Assembly (NCBI GenBank): GCA_022563395.1
Contig: JADFNM010000001.1
Location: forward strand, 462,342-526,341
From: Patescibacteria group bacterium
GTDB taxonomy: Bacteria > Patescibacteriota > Minisyncoccia > Minisyncoccales > UBA10102
Direction of reading: 5' to 3'
Length of the DNA: 64,000 nucleotides
Below the pieces are notes generated by a model. It had not been told where the DNA came from and did no database searches. It worked only from the letters and a program-made list of their open reading frames with translations. The number at the start of each line of letters is the position of its first letter. Position 1 is the first letter of the stretch. Below, piece by piece: positions 46,624 to 56,176 of the stretch. The translations under genes were made by a program, and so were the position numbers.

Positions 46624-47982
46624 ATGAATAAAGATGAACTCTGGCAGGCTGCCTTAGCCCAGCTCCAATTCAAAATCTCCCCCGCCAACTTTGCAACCTG
46701 GCTTAAAAACACCTTCATCCTCTCAAAAAAAGAAGGGACTCTTTTTGTTTCTGTCCCCAACAACTTCTCAAAAGAATGGCTGGAACACAAGTACAACAAA
46801 ATTATCTTTCATGCGATCCGAAGCCTGGACAACGAGATTCGGGAAATCCGCTACACCGTAGAGAGGACGCAGCCAAAACCCAAGGAAACTCCTCCTCAAC
46901 CAACGAGCCAAGTCCAAGAAGACCAGATGGAGTTTCCGGAGTTTAAGGTAGACCGCTCCACCAATCTCAACCCCCGCTATGCCTTTGACAACTTTATTGT
47001 AGGGGCCTTTAACGAACTGGCGCATGCGGCCTCCTTGGCTGTTGTAAAAACCCCCGGCAGCGTATACAACCCCCTCTTTGTCTACGGCGGCGTAGGACTT
47101 GGAAAAACTCACTTGCTTCAAGCGATTGGCAACCAGATTATAAAAGAATTTCCTCAAAAGAAGTTAAAATATATTTCCTCGGAGCGTTTCACGTCCGGGG
47201 TAGTGTCTGCCATCCGAAACAAGAACATGGATGCCTTGCGCTTAATGTACCGAGAGCTTGATGTCCTGATTGTTGACGACGTACAGTTTTTGGCAGGAAA
47301 GGATAAAACCCAAGAAGAACTCTTCCACACCTTCAACACCCTTTACGAAGCAGGAAAGCAGATTATCTTTTCCTCAGACCGTCCCCCAAAGGCCATTCCT
47401 GCTTTAGAAGAGCGTCTGAGGTCTCGGTTTGAGGGCGGCATGGTAGCTGACATCTCCTCGCCAGACTACGAAACCAGAATAGCAATCTTGCGAGCCAAGA
47501 TGCAAGAAAAAGAGCTTGCTTTGGACGATGAGGTCTTGGACTATATCGCCTCCCACATTCAAAGGAATATACGGGAGCTGGAAGGGGCCCTGAACCGACT
47601 TGCTGCTTTCTCGCGTCTCAACTCGGGCAAGACTCCGGCCTTTGGGGAAGCAAAAACCCTGCTGCGTACGGTCATTCAAAACCCAAACAGGGTGGCTAAC
47701 CCAAAGAAAATCCTTCAGGTGGTAGCTGAGTTCTACGACTTAAGAGAAAAAGATATACTGGCCCTGTCTCGAAAAAAAGAGGTGGTGAGACCCCGCCAGA
47801 TTGCAATGTACCTTTTAAGAGAGGAACTTAAGGGTTCCTACCCTTTTATTGGGAAGAGGTTTGGTGGTAAAGATCATACCACCGCCATCTACGCTTGTGC
47901 AAAAATTGCAAAAGAACTTCAGGTCTCTGAGGTTTTGGTTGATGAAATCGCGTTAATACGCCAGCGCATATACAGTGGATAG
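46624..47982 (+). CDS. dnaA: Replication initiator DnaA
   Basis: YNPLF.YG.VGLGKTHL, DDVQF, RQIAMYL, DHTT; ATG at 46624. Confidence 0.98.
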   Translation: MNKDELWQAALAQLQFKISPANFATWLKNTFILSKKEGTLFVSVPNNFSKEWLEHKYNKIIFHAIRSLDNEIREIRYTVERTQPKPKETPPQPTSQVQEDQMEFPEFKVDRSTNLNPRYAFDNFIVGAFNELAHAASLAVVKTPGSVYNPLFVYGGVGLGKTHLLQAIGNQIIKEFPQKKLKYISSERFTSGVVSAIRNKNMDALRLMYRELDVLIVDDVQFLAGKDKTQEELFHTFNTLYEAGKQIIFSSDRPPKAIPALEERLRSRFEGGMVADISSPDYETRIAILRAKMQEKELALDDEVLDYIASHIQRNIRELEGALNRLAAFSRLNSGKTPAFGEAKTLLRTVIQNPNRVANPKKILQVVAEFYDLREKDILALSRKKEVVRPRQIAMYLLREELKGSYPFIGKRFGGKDHTTAIYACAKIAKELQVSEVLVDEIALIRQRIYSG

Positions 47983-48123
47983 ATTGGGGAGAGCTTTTGC
48001 CCTCCTCTTGACGCCGCCCCGCCCCTGCTTTTCTCCACAATATTTCCCGAACAATCCACAAGAACAAATAGAAGGTATAATAAAATAATCCACACCAGTA
48101 AGTATAATAAAGATATTATACTA
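47974..48123. promoter_or_regulatory. DnaA boxes and AT-rich tract between dnaA and dnaN (probable oriC)
   Basis: TTCTCCACA 48031, CAATCCACA 48052, TAATCCACA 48086. Confidence 0.7.
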
Positions 48124-49251
48124 ATGAAAACCCAGATATTAAAAGAAGGTTTAAAACGAGCCATAGCGATTGTGGAAAGAGCAACAGCCAAAACCCCAAC
48201 ATTACTGACGCTGGGGGCAATCTCGCTTGTCGCCGATAAAAACACTCTTGAGTTGTCGTCCACAGACCTTGAAATGGGCATTCGCTACAAGTTGTTGGCA
48301 AAGACAGAGAAAGAAGGGGGCATTGCTGTGCCCTCGCGGCTCTTCTCCCAGCTTGTGGGCGTACTGCCAGAAAAAGAAATTAACCTAAGTTTGGTGGGGG
48401 GAGAACTGAGGATTGAATCCAAAGAACACCAAACCAGCCTAAAAACCCTTTCTTTGGATGATTTCCCCATTATTCCTTCTCTTAAGGAGGGAGAGGAGGG
48501 AGTGGAGGTTGAAACCAAGGTTTTTTGTGCGGGGCTCAGCCAGGTTGTTTCAATCCCTGGGCAAAATCAGACGCGACCTGAAATCTCAGGAGTTCTCATT
48601 TCTATTCAAAAAGATGGGATGAGGATTGTTGCAACAGACAGCTTTAGGTTGGCAGAAAAAATCCTGAGTTTTAGCAAGCCCCAGCACATAGAAACCTCCT
48701 TTATCCTCCCCCAAAAGACAGCCAGAGAACTTGTTGCTATCTTTTCAGATCTCCCCGGGAAGATGAAACTCTATGTATCTCCGACCCAGGCCCTGTTTGA
48801 CTATTCTACAAAAGAAGAGGTTGGACACCCCTCATTGCAGGTTGTCTCGCGTCTCATTGAAGGGGAATACCCCCACTACCAAGACGTTATCCCGCGAAAC
48901 TTTGTCACAAAGGTGCGGGCCTTAAGACAAGAACTTATATCCTGCATTAAGGCAGCAGCGGTTTTTTCTGGCAAGATGCAAGATACCAAGCTGGTAGCTG
49001 ACCCAAAAAAGAAAGGACTTGAGATCTCCGCAGAAAGCGCAGATGTTGGGAGACACAGCTCCTTTCTTTCGGCCGATGTAACAGGGGAGCACCTGGAGAT
49101 TTCCTTTAACTGGAGGTTTTTATTGGAGGGACTTTCGAATATCAAAGGGGAGGAGGTAGAGATTGGATTTGGAGGAGAAGACGCACCAGTCCTTATGCGT
49201 CCTTTGGGCAAGGAACAGTATCTCTACGTTGTGATGCCCGTTAAGGCATAG
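48124..49251 (+). CDS. dnaN: DNA polymerase III beta clamp
   Basis: STDLE, ATDSFRL, LIEG.YP.Y, VVMP. Confidence 0.97.
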   Translation: MKTQILKEGLKRAIAIVERATAKTPTLLTLGAISLVADKNTLELSSTDLEMGIRYKLLAKTEKEGGIAVPSRLFSQLVGVLPEKEINLSLVGGELRIESKEHQTSLKTLSLDDFPIIPSLKEGEEGVEVETKVFCAGLSQVVSIPGQNQTRPEISGVLISIQKDGMRIVATDSFRLAEKILSFSKPQHIETSFILPQKTARELVAIFSDLPGKMKLYVSPTQALFDYSTKEEVGHPSLQVVSRLIEGEYPHYQDVIPRNFVTKVRALRQELISCIKAAAVFSGKMQDTKLVADPKKKGLEISAESADVGRHSSFLSADVTGEHLEISFNWRFLLEGLSNIKGEEVEIGFGGEDAPVLMRPLGKEQYLYVVMPVKA

Positions 49252-49354
49252 ACTGCGTTTTGAGTAAAACAGGTTCTAACATCGTCCATGAGGCGGAACC
49301 CGTAAAGCCGGATCAAAGAATTGTCATCAGGCCGACTTCTGCTATAATCTAAAT

Positions 49355-49663
49355 ATGGACACTTTTACTCTTATAATTCTCGGTTTAGCCAGTTTGCCCA
49401 TAGCCGGTTTCATTTTTGTTTATATTGGACAAAAGCATGGACATAAATACAAAAGTTATTTGGGCAGTACTATTCTCTTAGGAGTAGGCGGGTTGGTTAT
49501 TGGAGCTATTTCTTCTTTTGCTGTCATTTATTTGCTGTGTGCAAATGAGCCGCCTTCAAGCTTTTGTGGGCTTGAGATATTCTTCTGGTTTCCTCCTTTA
49601 ACTATCCTTGGGACTAGCATAGGAGTTATTATTGGAATTATACGATGGAAAAGAGGCCCTTAA
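49355..49663 (+). CDS. AT-rich 3-TM membrane protein
   Basis: Hydrophobic; own -10 box 6 nt before the ATG. Confidence 0.65.
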   Translation: MDTFTLIILGLASLPIAGFIFVYIGQKHGHKYKSYLGSTILLGVGGLVIGAISSFAVIYLLCANEPPSSFCGLEIFFWFPPLTILGTSIGVIIGIIRWKRGP

Positions 49664-49772
49664 GGAAGAACAAGTTTTCCGAACTCTGAATATTTTCAAC
49701 TCACCCAAAAGCCCAAAAGCTTGAAGGCCGTCCCACCCGGGGAGTCGTTACTGCTTAAACGAAATTTAAGCA

Positions 49773-51695
49773 CTATTTATTGAAGCCAGTAGTTATGAGG
49801 GGGAGCGCCTCTTTCATGAACTGGTTCCAGATGGGAGAGGCAACAACAACCCCAGGAGCCTCTCGCATTGCCGTGTTATCATTGTTGCCGACCCACACGC
49901 CAGCAACGAGAGCGCTGGTGTACCCTATCGTCCAGGCATCTCGGTACTCTTGGGTGGTGCCGGTTTTTACTGCGGTTTCAAACCCCGGGACCAAGAGCCA
50001 AGACTTGCTTCCAAACACCGGGGCCCGTGTCTCATTGTCTGAAAGGATATTGGTAATGAGCCTTGCAACCTCAGGCTCCATAATCTGGAATGCCCCGTTC
50101 TCGTTGCGTAAAAGCTCTCTTCCCCTAGAATCTTCCACCCAAAGAATGCTCAAGGGGTATACCCTTTTTCCCTCGGAAGCGAAGACGCTGTAGGCTACTA
50201 CCATGTCTAGTAAATACACCTCACCTCCTCCCAGCACCAAAGAAGGCCCATAGTTTGAGGGATCTTTGAGTGTGGTAATGCCGAGTTCTTTTGCCCTGGC
50301 AATAGCATCCTCCAATCCAGCCAATCCAAGCAGCACCTTTACGGAAGGAACATTCAAAGACTGTGCTAGGGCCTGCCTCAGAGTCACTGTGCCCCGAAAC
50401 AGCCCGTCATAGTTTTGTGGGATGTATTCTTCGTTTCCCCATACTCCAAAGTTGGTTTCCACGTCTTCTACAACAGTTTCGTCGTCAGCGCCTTTTTCAA
50501 AGGCAACAGCGTACACAAAGGGTTTGAACGCAGACCCGGGCTGGCGCCCTTGAAGATACATTGCAACATTTACCTTTGGGTCAAACAGGCAGTTCTTCCC
50601 CGGAGCACATCCTTTAGGATATGGCTCCCCCGACCAGTTCTTGGAGCCCACCAGAGAGAGGATTTCTCCCGTAGAGGGGTTTATTGCAACCAAGGCTGCG
50701 TTGTACGCGTTAAAAAACTCGTTTCTTGCGGTATATGCATCCACCGCGTCCTCTGCTGTCTTTTGAAGCTCCCAGTCCAGGGTTGTTATAACTCTCAAGC
50801 CGTTCTCTCGCAAAAACTCTTCCCCATACCTTGAAAGCAGGGAGTCTAACACGGAAAGCACAAAGTGGGGGGCCTTAATACTGGCTCTCGATTCCGCAAA
50901 CGCAACCTCTTTGCTCCTTGCTTTTAAAAGCTCCTCTTTTGAAACAAGATCAAGCTCTGCCATGCGAGAGAGCACAAAGTCCTTTCTCAAGAGAAGCTCG
51001 TCTTGGTGAGGGCCAAAGGGGGAGTAATAGGTGGGAGCCTTGATCATGGCAGCAAGCACCGCAGACTCTTCTAAGGTAAGGTCTGAGGCCGGCTTCTCAA
51101 AGTATGCTTGAGCTGCCGCTCCCACCCCGTAGGAGTTTCCTCCCCAGGGAATCTGGTTTAAGTAGAACTCCATGATTTCATGTTTGGAATACCGGCGCTC
51201 CAACTCCAAAGTTAAGATAAGTTCTCGCACCTTTCTGCCCAATGTTTTCTCTCTGCTCAAAAGGGTAGAGCGTGCTAACTGCTGGGTGATGGTAGAAGCC
51301 CCCTGAGCAGGTTTAAGCAAGGAAAGGTTTCGCAGCACGGCCCGCACCACGGCCTTCATGTCTACCCCAAAGTGAGAATAGAAGTTCTGGTCTTCAGCGG
51401 CAATGACGGCCACGGAGAGAAAGGGAGAAATATCATTGAGGGGGACAAACTCCCGCTTTTCATCTCCGTGTATTTCATACAAGAGTACTTTTCCTGTTCG
51501 GTCGTAGATTTTGGTTGGCCTCGCAAAGGAAACCTCGCTTAAGTTCTCTGGCCGAGGCAAATCTTTTGCGTAGTACAAAAAGACTCCACCCCCCAAGAGT
51601 AAAAGCAAAAGAAGAGAAAAAAAGAGTACCTTCCCAATGCGGAGAGCAAGAGAGGAGTTTTTTTGGTATGTTTTTTTGTAGTGGCGCTTTGCCAT
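49773..51695 (-). CDS. Class A penicillin-binding protein (PBP1A family)
   Basis: EDQNF, GASTITQQ, SAFK, SLN, KTG. Confidence 0.95.
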   Translation of the reverse strand: MAKRHYKKTYQKNSSLALRIGKVLFFSLLLLLLLGGGVFLYYAKDLPRPENLSEVSFARPTKIYDRTGKVLLYEIHGDEKREFVPLNDISPFLSVAVIAAEDQNFYSHFGVDMKAVVRAVLRNLSLLKPAQGASTITQQLARSTLLSREKTLGRKVRELILTLELERRYSKHEIMEFYLNQIPWGGNSYGVGAAAQAYFEKPASDLTLEESAVLAAMIKAPTYYSPFGPHQDELLLRKDFVLSRMAELDLVSKEELLKARSKEVAFAESRASIKAPHFVLSVLDSLLSRYGEEFLRENGLRVITTLDWELQKTAEDAVDAYTARNEFFNAYNAALVAINPSTGEILSLVGSKNWSGEPYPKGCAPGKNCLFDPKVNVAMYLQGRQPGSAFKPFVYAVAFEKGADDETVVEDVETNFGVWGNEEYIPQNYDGLFRGTVTLRQALAQSLNVPSVKVLLGLAGLEDAIARAKELGITTLKDPSNYGPSLVLGGGEVYLLDMVVAYSVFASEGKRVYPLSILWVEDSRGRELLRNENGAFQIMEPEVARLITNILSDNETRAPVFGSKSWLLVPGFETAVKTGTTQEYRDAWTIGYTSALVAGVWVGNNDNTAMREAPGVVVASPIWNQFMKEALPLITTGFNK

Positions 51696-51797
51696 GGGGG
51701 TTTTAAGATGTAAGATAGCATGAAATTGCCTCTTTTACAACGAGAAAAAGTATCCTACAATAAGAGAACAAGGCCACACAGCTTCCAAAGAAATTTT

Positions 51798-52967
51798 ATG
51801 AAAAAACTGACAACAAACGAAGTGCTCACGCGGCAGGTGGCAGAGATTCTTCCTACCAAGAAAGGCCTCGCAGCTGTAATGAAAAAGAGAAAGATTCGCC
51901 TCTATCTCGGTATTGATCCTACCGGGGGGAACCTTCACTTGGGGCATGCCATTGCTTTAAGAAAGCTCCAGCAATTTGCAGACCTTGGGCATGAGGCAAT
52001 CCTGCTTGTGGGGACCGGGACCGTTCTTGCAGGAGACCCTTCCCAGCGGGATACTGCCCGCCCAACGCTTACAAAAAAAGAAATAGAGAAGAACACGAGA
52101 GATTGGAAGAAACAGGCGGGAAAGGTAATTGATTTTTCCAAGGTAAAGATGAGATACAACGGGGATTGGTTGCTTAGGCTTAAGCTTTCGGATATTTTAG
52201 AGATAGCGTCCAATATTTCTGCGGTGCAGCTGTTTCAGCGAGATATGTTCCAGCGAAGAATCAAAAGAGGAGACACCGTATGGATGCATGAAACCTTGTA
52301 CCCCCTGCTGCAGGGGTATGATTCCGTTGCCTTAAATGTGGACCTGGAAATCGGAGGAACCGATCAGGTGTTTAACATGCTCATTGGGAGGGAACTTGAG
52401 CGAAAGATGAAAAACAAAGAAAAGTTTGTACTCACAGTTTCTATGATCCTTGGGTTAGACGGAAGAACCATGAGCAAGACCTCGGGCAACACAGTGAACA
52501 TTGCAGACCCCCCAAAGGAAATGTACGGCAAGTTAATGACCCTGCGAGACGAGCTTGTATCGCAGTACTTTGAGTTGGCAGCCGATGTCTCGCAAAAAGA
52601 AATCACGAAGCTTAAGAAAAGACTTTCTCCGAGAGACTTTAAAGCTCGCCTTGCCAAGGAAATCGTAGCCCTGTACCACGGGGTGAAAAAGGCACAAGGA
52701 GCAGAAAAAGAGTTTGTGCGGGTGTTTCAAAAAAAGCAGCTGCCTTTACGCATACAGAAGGCAAAAATAAGCCGCCAAGGGCCCCTTCCCCTGTACAAAG
52801 CCACAGCAGAATTGTTTTCTATTTCTGGGTCAGAGGCGCGTAGAGTCATAGAGCAGGGTGGAGTAAAGATTGACGGTATGGTACAAAGAGATCCCAGCCT
52901 GGTTCTCAAGCCAAGATCCGGAATGATTATTCAACTGGGAAAAAGAAGAACTTTTCAAATTATGTAG
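51798..52967 (+). CDS. tyrS: Tyrosine-tRNA ligase
   Basis: GIDPT, HLGH, GGTDQ, TMSKT, S4 domain; ATG at 51798. Confidence 0.97.
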   Translation: MKKLTTNEVLTRQVAEILPTKKGLAAVMKKRKIRLYLGIDPTGGNLHLGHAIALRKLQQFADLGHEAILLVGTGTVLAGDPSQRDTARPTLTKKEIEKNTRDWKKQAGKVIDFSKVKMRYNGDWLLRLKLSDILEIASNISAVQLFQRDMFQRRIKRGDTVWMHETLYPLLQGYDSVALNVDLEIGGTDQVFNMLIGRELERKMKNKEKFVLTVSMILGLDGRTMSKTSGNTVNIADPPKEMYGKLMTLRDELVSQYFELAADVSQKEITKLKKRLSPRDFKARLAKEIVALYHGVKKAQGAEKEFVRVFQKKQLPLRIQKAKISRQGPLPLYKATAELFSISGSEARRVIEQGGVKIDGMVQRDPSLVLKPRSGMIIQLGKRRTFQIM

Positions 52968-53234
52968 GAGTGTAGGATCCGAACAAAATCAATTGAGCGG
53001 AACGAATTTGGTCAAGCTTCAAGGCACGAGGAGCGATGCGTATCTTTAGATACATGAGCGACGAGAAACGCAGAAGATTGGTCAAATTCGCCCGCCCTGC
53101 GGGAAGCTCGGAAATGGCCGATTTCTTCGTTGCTCCTCCTCAACGTACCTTATAGGTACACTTTTGTCGTCGCGCCTTGAAATCGTCTCATTTCCGAGCT
53201 TCTCAAGCTGATTTGTGTTCGGATCCTACACTCC
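52967..53234. mobile_element. 268-bp non-autonomous MITE-like element
   Basis: 19-bp perfect TIR GGAGTGTAGGATCCGAACA; two internal related arms in inverted orientation. Confidence 0.8.
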
Positions 53235-53243
53235 AGGCGTTGA

Positions 53244-53277
53244 ACAAAAAACCCCGGAAAATCCGGGGTTTTTTGTG
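53244..53277. terminator. Bidirectional intrinsic terminator
   Basis: AAAAAACCCCGGA-AAA-TCCGGGGTTTTTT. Confidence 0.85.
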
Positions 53278-53514
53278 TTAGTTAGCCTCTCCTCCTTCCT
53301 TGGGAGACTCAGATCCTTCCTTGGGAGACTCAGAAGAGTCGTCGCCGTTCTTGTCCTCTTGCGTGGACGTTTCGGCGTCTCCATCTCCGTCGCCATCCAA
53401 CAGGGTGGCAGAAGCTGAGGATTCCTCAGAAGAAGAAGGAGTTTCCCCTTCGGGCTTCTCTTTTTCCTCTCCGTCCAAGACGGTGGAAGCCAATTTTGTT
53501 TCGTCGAGAATCAT
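53278..53514 (-). CDS. Small, very acidic low-complexity protein
   Basis: Own promoter TTGACA-N17-TACACT (53595-53623) and terminator. Confidence 0.6.
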   Translation of the reverse strand: MILDETKLASTVLDGEEKEKPEGETPSSSEESSASATLLDGDGDGDAETSTQEDKNGDDSSESPKEGSESPKEGGEAN

Positions 53515-53602
53515 GTTTTTTTCGGTTTCCGTTTTTAGTTTTTATTAAAAGGGGCATAGCCCCCAATGTAAACGGTCAGACCTTTCACCGTCCTAGTGTA
53601 TG

Positions 53603-54079
53603 CTATTTGTCCTTCCTTGTCAAGACTGACGAGGCAATAGCAAGGGATAGGGCATCGGCAGCATCATCTGGCCGGGGCAGGGTGTTTAACCCCAGGATGT
53701 ACTGCACCATGCGCTGCACCTGTTTTTTTTGCGCCCTCCCATACCCGGTCACCGCCATCTTAGCCTGCAAAGGGGTGAGTTCTTCTAAAAGAACCTTGTT
53801 TTTGGCAGCTAGCAAAAGCACAATGCCCCTGGCTTCAGATACTGGGAGAGCAGTCTTGATATTTTTGAAAAAGTACAGTCGCTCAACACATAGGAGTTCC
53901 GGCTTGTATTTCTTGAATAACTTTTTTAGTCCCTGCTCCAAAAGCAAAAGGCGTTCCTGGCTGGGCTTGTCTTTGGGAGTATCAATGGTTCCGTGGGCGA
54001 CCCAACACAACTTTGGAGTTGTTTGCACAACACCAAACCCCGTGGTCGCTGTTCCTGGGTCTATGCCAAGTATTATCAT
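53603..54079 (-). CDS. ruvC: Holliday junction resolvase RuvC
   Basis: ILGIDPG, G.G.A.K.QV, DDAADAL; ATG at 54079. Confidence 0.96.
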   Translation of the reverse strand: MIILGIDPGTATTGFGVVQTTPKLCWVAHGTIDTPKDKPSQERLLLLEQGLKKLFKKYKPELLCVERLYFFKNIKTALPVSEARGIVLLLAAKNKVLLEELTPLQAKMAVTGYGRAQKKQVQRMVQYILGLNTLPRPDDAADALSLAIASSVLTRKDK

Positions 54080-54140
54080 GAAACGCACAACGTAAAACGC
54101 GCAATATGAAAGCAATCAACAAGGTTTTGCGTTCCAGGTT

Positions 54141-54863
54141 TCATGTTGCGAGGTTTGCGTAGATTTCCTGTACCGTATCGCTTTCGTCTAAGGCCAAAAA
54201 CAGCTTTTCTGCGGATGCCGTGTCTTTCTCTGAAAGGGCGACCCGCTCTTTAGGAACCCATTGGAGCGAGGCAGATTCTACCAGAATACCCCGCTCTTCC
54301 AACACTTTTTTTACCTGTTCTACTTGAGTGGGTTTTGTATAAATCTCAAGCGTACCATCTTCTCGCCAGTACATATCTTCTGCACCAGCTTCAATAGAGA
54401 GGAGCTCAAGGGCATCTTTGGGTTTATCTCCCGGGGGGAGGCTGAGGGTTCCTCTCCTTGCGAACATCCAGCGTACAGCTCCTTCTCCTGCAAGCTTTCC
54501 CTGGTTTTTCTCAAATGCCCGCTTTACCTCTCCTAAGGTTCTGTTCTTGTTGTCGGTGATGCCCTCTACCAAAACAGCAATGCCGCCCGGGCCATATCCC
54601 TCAAAGAGCACCTCTTCTAAAGCAGCTCCTTTTTCTTCCCCGGTTCCTCGTTTTATTGACCGCTCAATATTGGCGGTGGGCATGTTAACTGCGCGCGCCC
54701 TGTCTAAAATGTGCCGGAGTCGGGGATTTGTTCCAGGATCTCCGCCCCCCTCTTTTGCCGCAATATACAGTTCACTTCCAAGCTTGGAAAATATCTTTGA
54801 GCGCTGCGCCGCGGTAGCCTCTTTCTGATGCTTTACTTTTTTTGCGTGAGAATGACCGCTCAT
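54141..54863 (-). CDS. yebC: YebC/PmpR family protein
   Basis: MSGHS, EGYGPGG, TDNKNRT. Confidence 0.96.
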   Translation of the reverse strand: MSGHSHAKKVKHQKEATAAQRSKIFSKLGSELYIAAKEGGGDPGTNPRLRHILDRARAVNMPTANIERSIKRGTGEEKGAALEEVLFEGYGPGGIAVLVEGITDNKNRTLGEVKRAFEKNQGKLAGEGAVRWMFARRGTLSLPPGDKPKDALELLSIEAGAEDMYWREDGTLEIYTKPTQVEQVKKVLEERGILVESASLQWVPKERVALSEKDTASAEKLFLALDESDTVQEIYANLAT

Positions 54864-54938
54864 GTTTGTAGTTTGTATTCTGTAGTTTTTAGCTTGTATT
54901 CAGAGCTAGTATACAAGATATGAGATACAAAATACAGG

Positions 54939-55928
54939 CTAAAGAAGACCTTTTTGAGGCAGGGCAATGTTAAGGTGTTGGTATGCTCTCTTGGTAGCAA
55001 TCCTCCCGCGTGGGGTTCGCTCCAGAAATCCCAGCTGCAGGAGATAGGGTTCGTACACATCCAGAATGGTTTCTTGCTCTTCTGCAACCATGGCGGCTAA
55101 TGCCTGGATGCCAACCGGCCCCCCAGAGAACTTCTGGATAATGGCCCGCAGAATCTTTCGGTCGTCCGGCTCCAGCCCCAGCTCATCAATCTCAAGGAAG
55201 CCAAAAGCTTGCTCTGCAACCTTTTCATCAACCATTGGAATGTTTTTAACGGTCGCAACGTCTCTCACCCTCTTGAGTATTCTGTTCGCCACTCTTGGGG
55301 TAAAGCGGGAACGTGAAGCAATGGCAGCTATTGCCTGCGGGGAAAGCTGAACCCTAAGAATGGCAGCAGATCTTTCCACAATCCTTTCAATGTCTTTTTG
55401 CTCGTAGAAGTTGAGCTGGAAAATGGCGCCAAAGCGGTTGCGAAAAGGAGAGGGGAGCTGCGCCATCTTAGTGGTTGCAGCAATCAGTGTAAAGCGGGGG
55501 AGAGAAAGCTCCATGGTTCTTGCCATGGGGCCCTTCCCCAAGACCAAGTGAAGTTTGTAGTCTTCCATGGCAGAGTATAGGGTTTCTAGGGTTGCTCTTG
55601 GCAGGCGATGGCATTCGTCAATAAACAATACTTCTTTGTCTTGAAGATTGGTGAGCAACGAAGCAACGTCTCCCGCGCGTTCCAAAGAGGTCCCAGAGCA
55701 GAAGGTCATCTTGGCTCCCATTTCCCTTGCTATCACCTGGGCAAGCGAGGTTTTCCCAAGGCCAGAGTTGCCGTACAGTAAAAGGTGTTCTAAGGACTCC
55801 CCTCGTTTCTTTGCAGCTTCAATAATCACCCGAAGTGTTGTCTTGAGCTTTTCTTGGCCAATGTAATCTGACCACGTCTGGGGGCGGAGCGTGGTGTCGA
55901 GAAATTGTTCGTTGTCGTGTTTTTCCAT
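54939..55928 (-). CDS. ruvB: Holliday junction helicase RuvB
   Basis: LRP...YIGQ, GLGKT, EPYL, RTPRGR. Confidence 0.97.
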   Translation of the reverse strand: MEKHDNEQFLDTTLRPQTWSDYIGQEKLKTTLRVIIEAAKKRGESLEHLLLYGNSGLGKTSLAQVIAREMGAKMTFCSGTSLERAGDVASLLTNLQDKEVLFIDECHRLPRATLETLYSAMEDYKLHLVLGKGPMARTMELSLPRFTLIAATTKMAQLPSPFRNRFGAIFQLNFYEQKDIERIVERSAAILRVQLSPQAIAAIASRSRFTPRVANRILKRVRDVATVKNIPMVDEKVAEQAFGFLEIDELGLEPDDRKILRAIIQKFSGGPVGIQALAAMVAEEQETILDVYEPYLLQLGFLERTPRGRIATKRAYQHLNIALPQKGLL

Positions 55929-55966
55929 ATCTCTTGACCCCGCACATAACTTGTTTATATGCGGGG

Positions 55967-55995
55967 TTGACAGTCATTACATTATATATTATACT
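55967..55995 (+). promoter_or_regulatory. Sigma70 promoter with no convincing downstream CDS
   Basis: TTGACA-N17-TATACT. Confidence 0.65.
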
Positions 55996-56045
55996 AGATT
56001 CGATAAAGAAACAGAAGAATCTAGATATTTATATCCATACGACCA

Positions 56046-56176
56046 GAATGTCAATTCAGCTGGGGACCTGGAGTTATCCGTCTTGGAGGGTGGCTCGGGT
56101 CATGCTGAACCATACCCCGGGGTAATTTCACATTTGCGTTCCAAACACCAAATGGTCCCCAGCTGAGATGACATTC
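56046..56176 (+). ncRNA. Candidate structured RNA or palindromic element
   Basis: About 22-bp closing stem, three-way junction, G-U pairs favouring the + strand. Confidence 0.45.

Noticed and set aside
49252..49772. Integron cassette around the AT-rich 102-aa gene
   Set aside because: No paired RYYYAAC...GTTRRRY attC found downstream and no integron integrase
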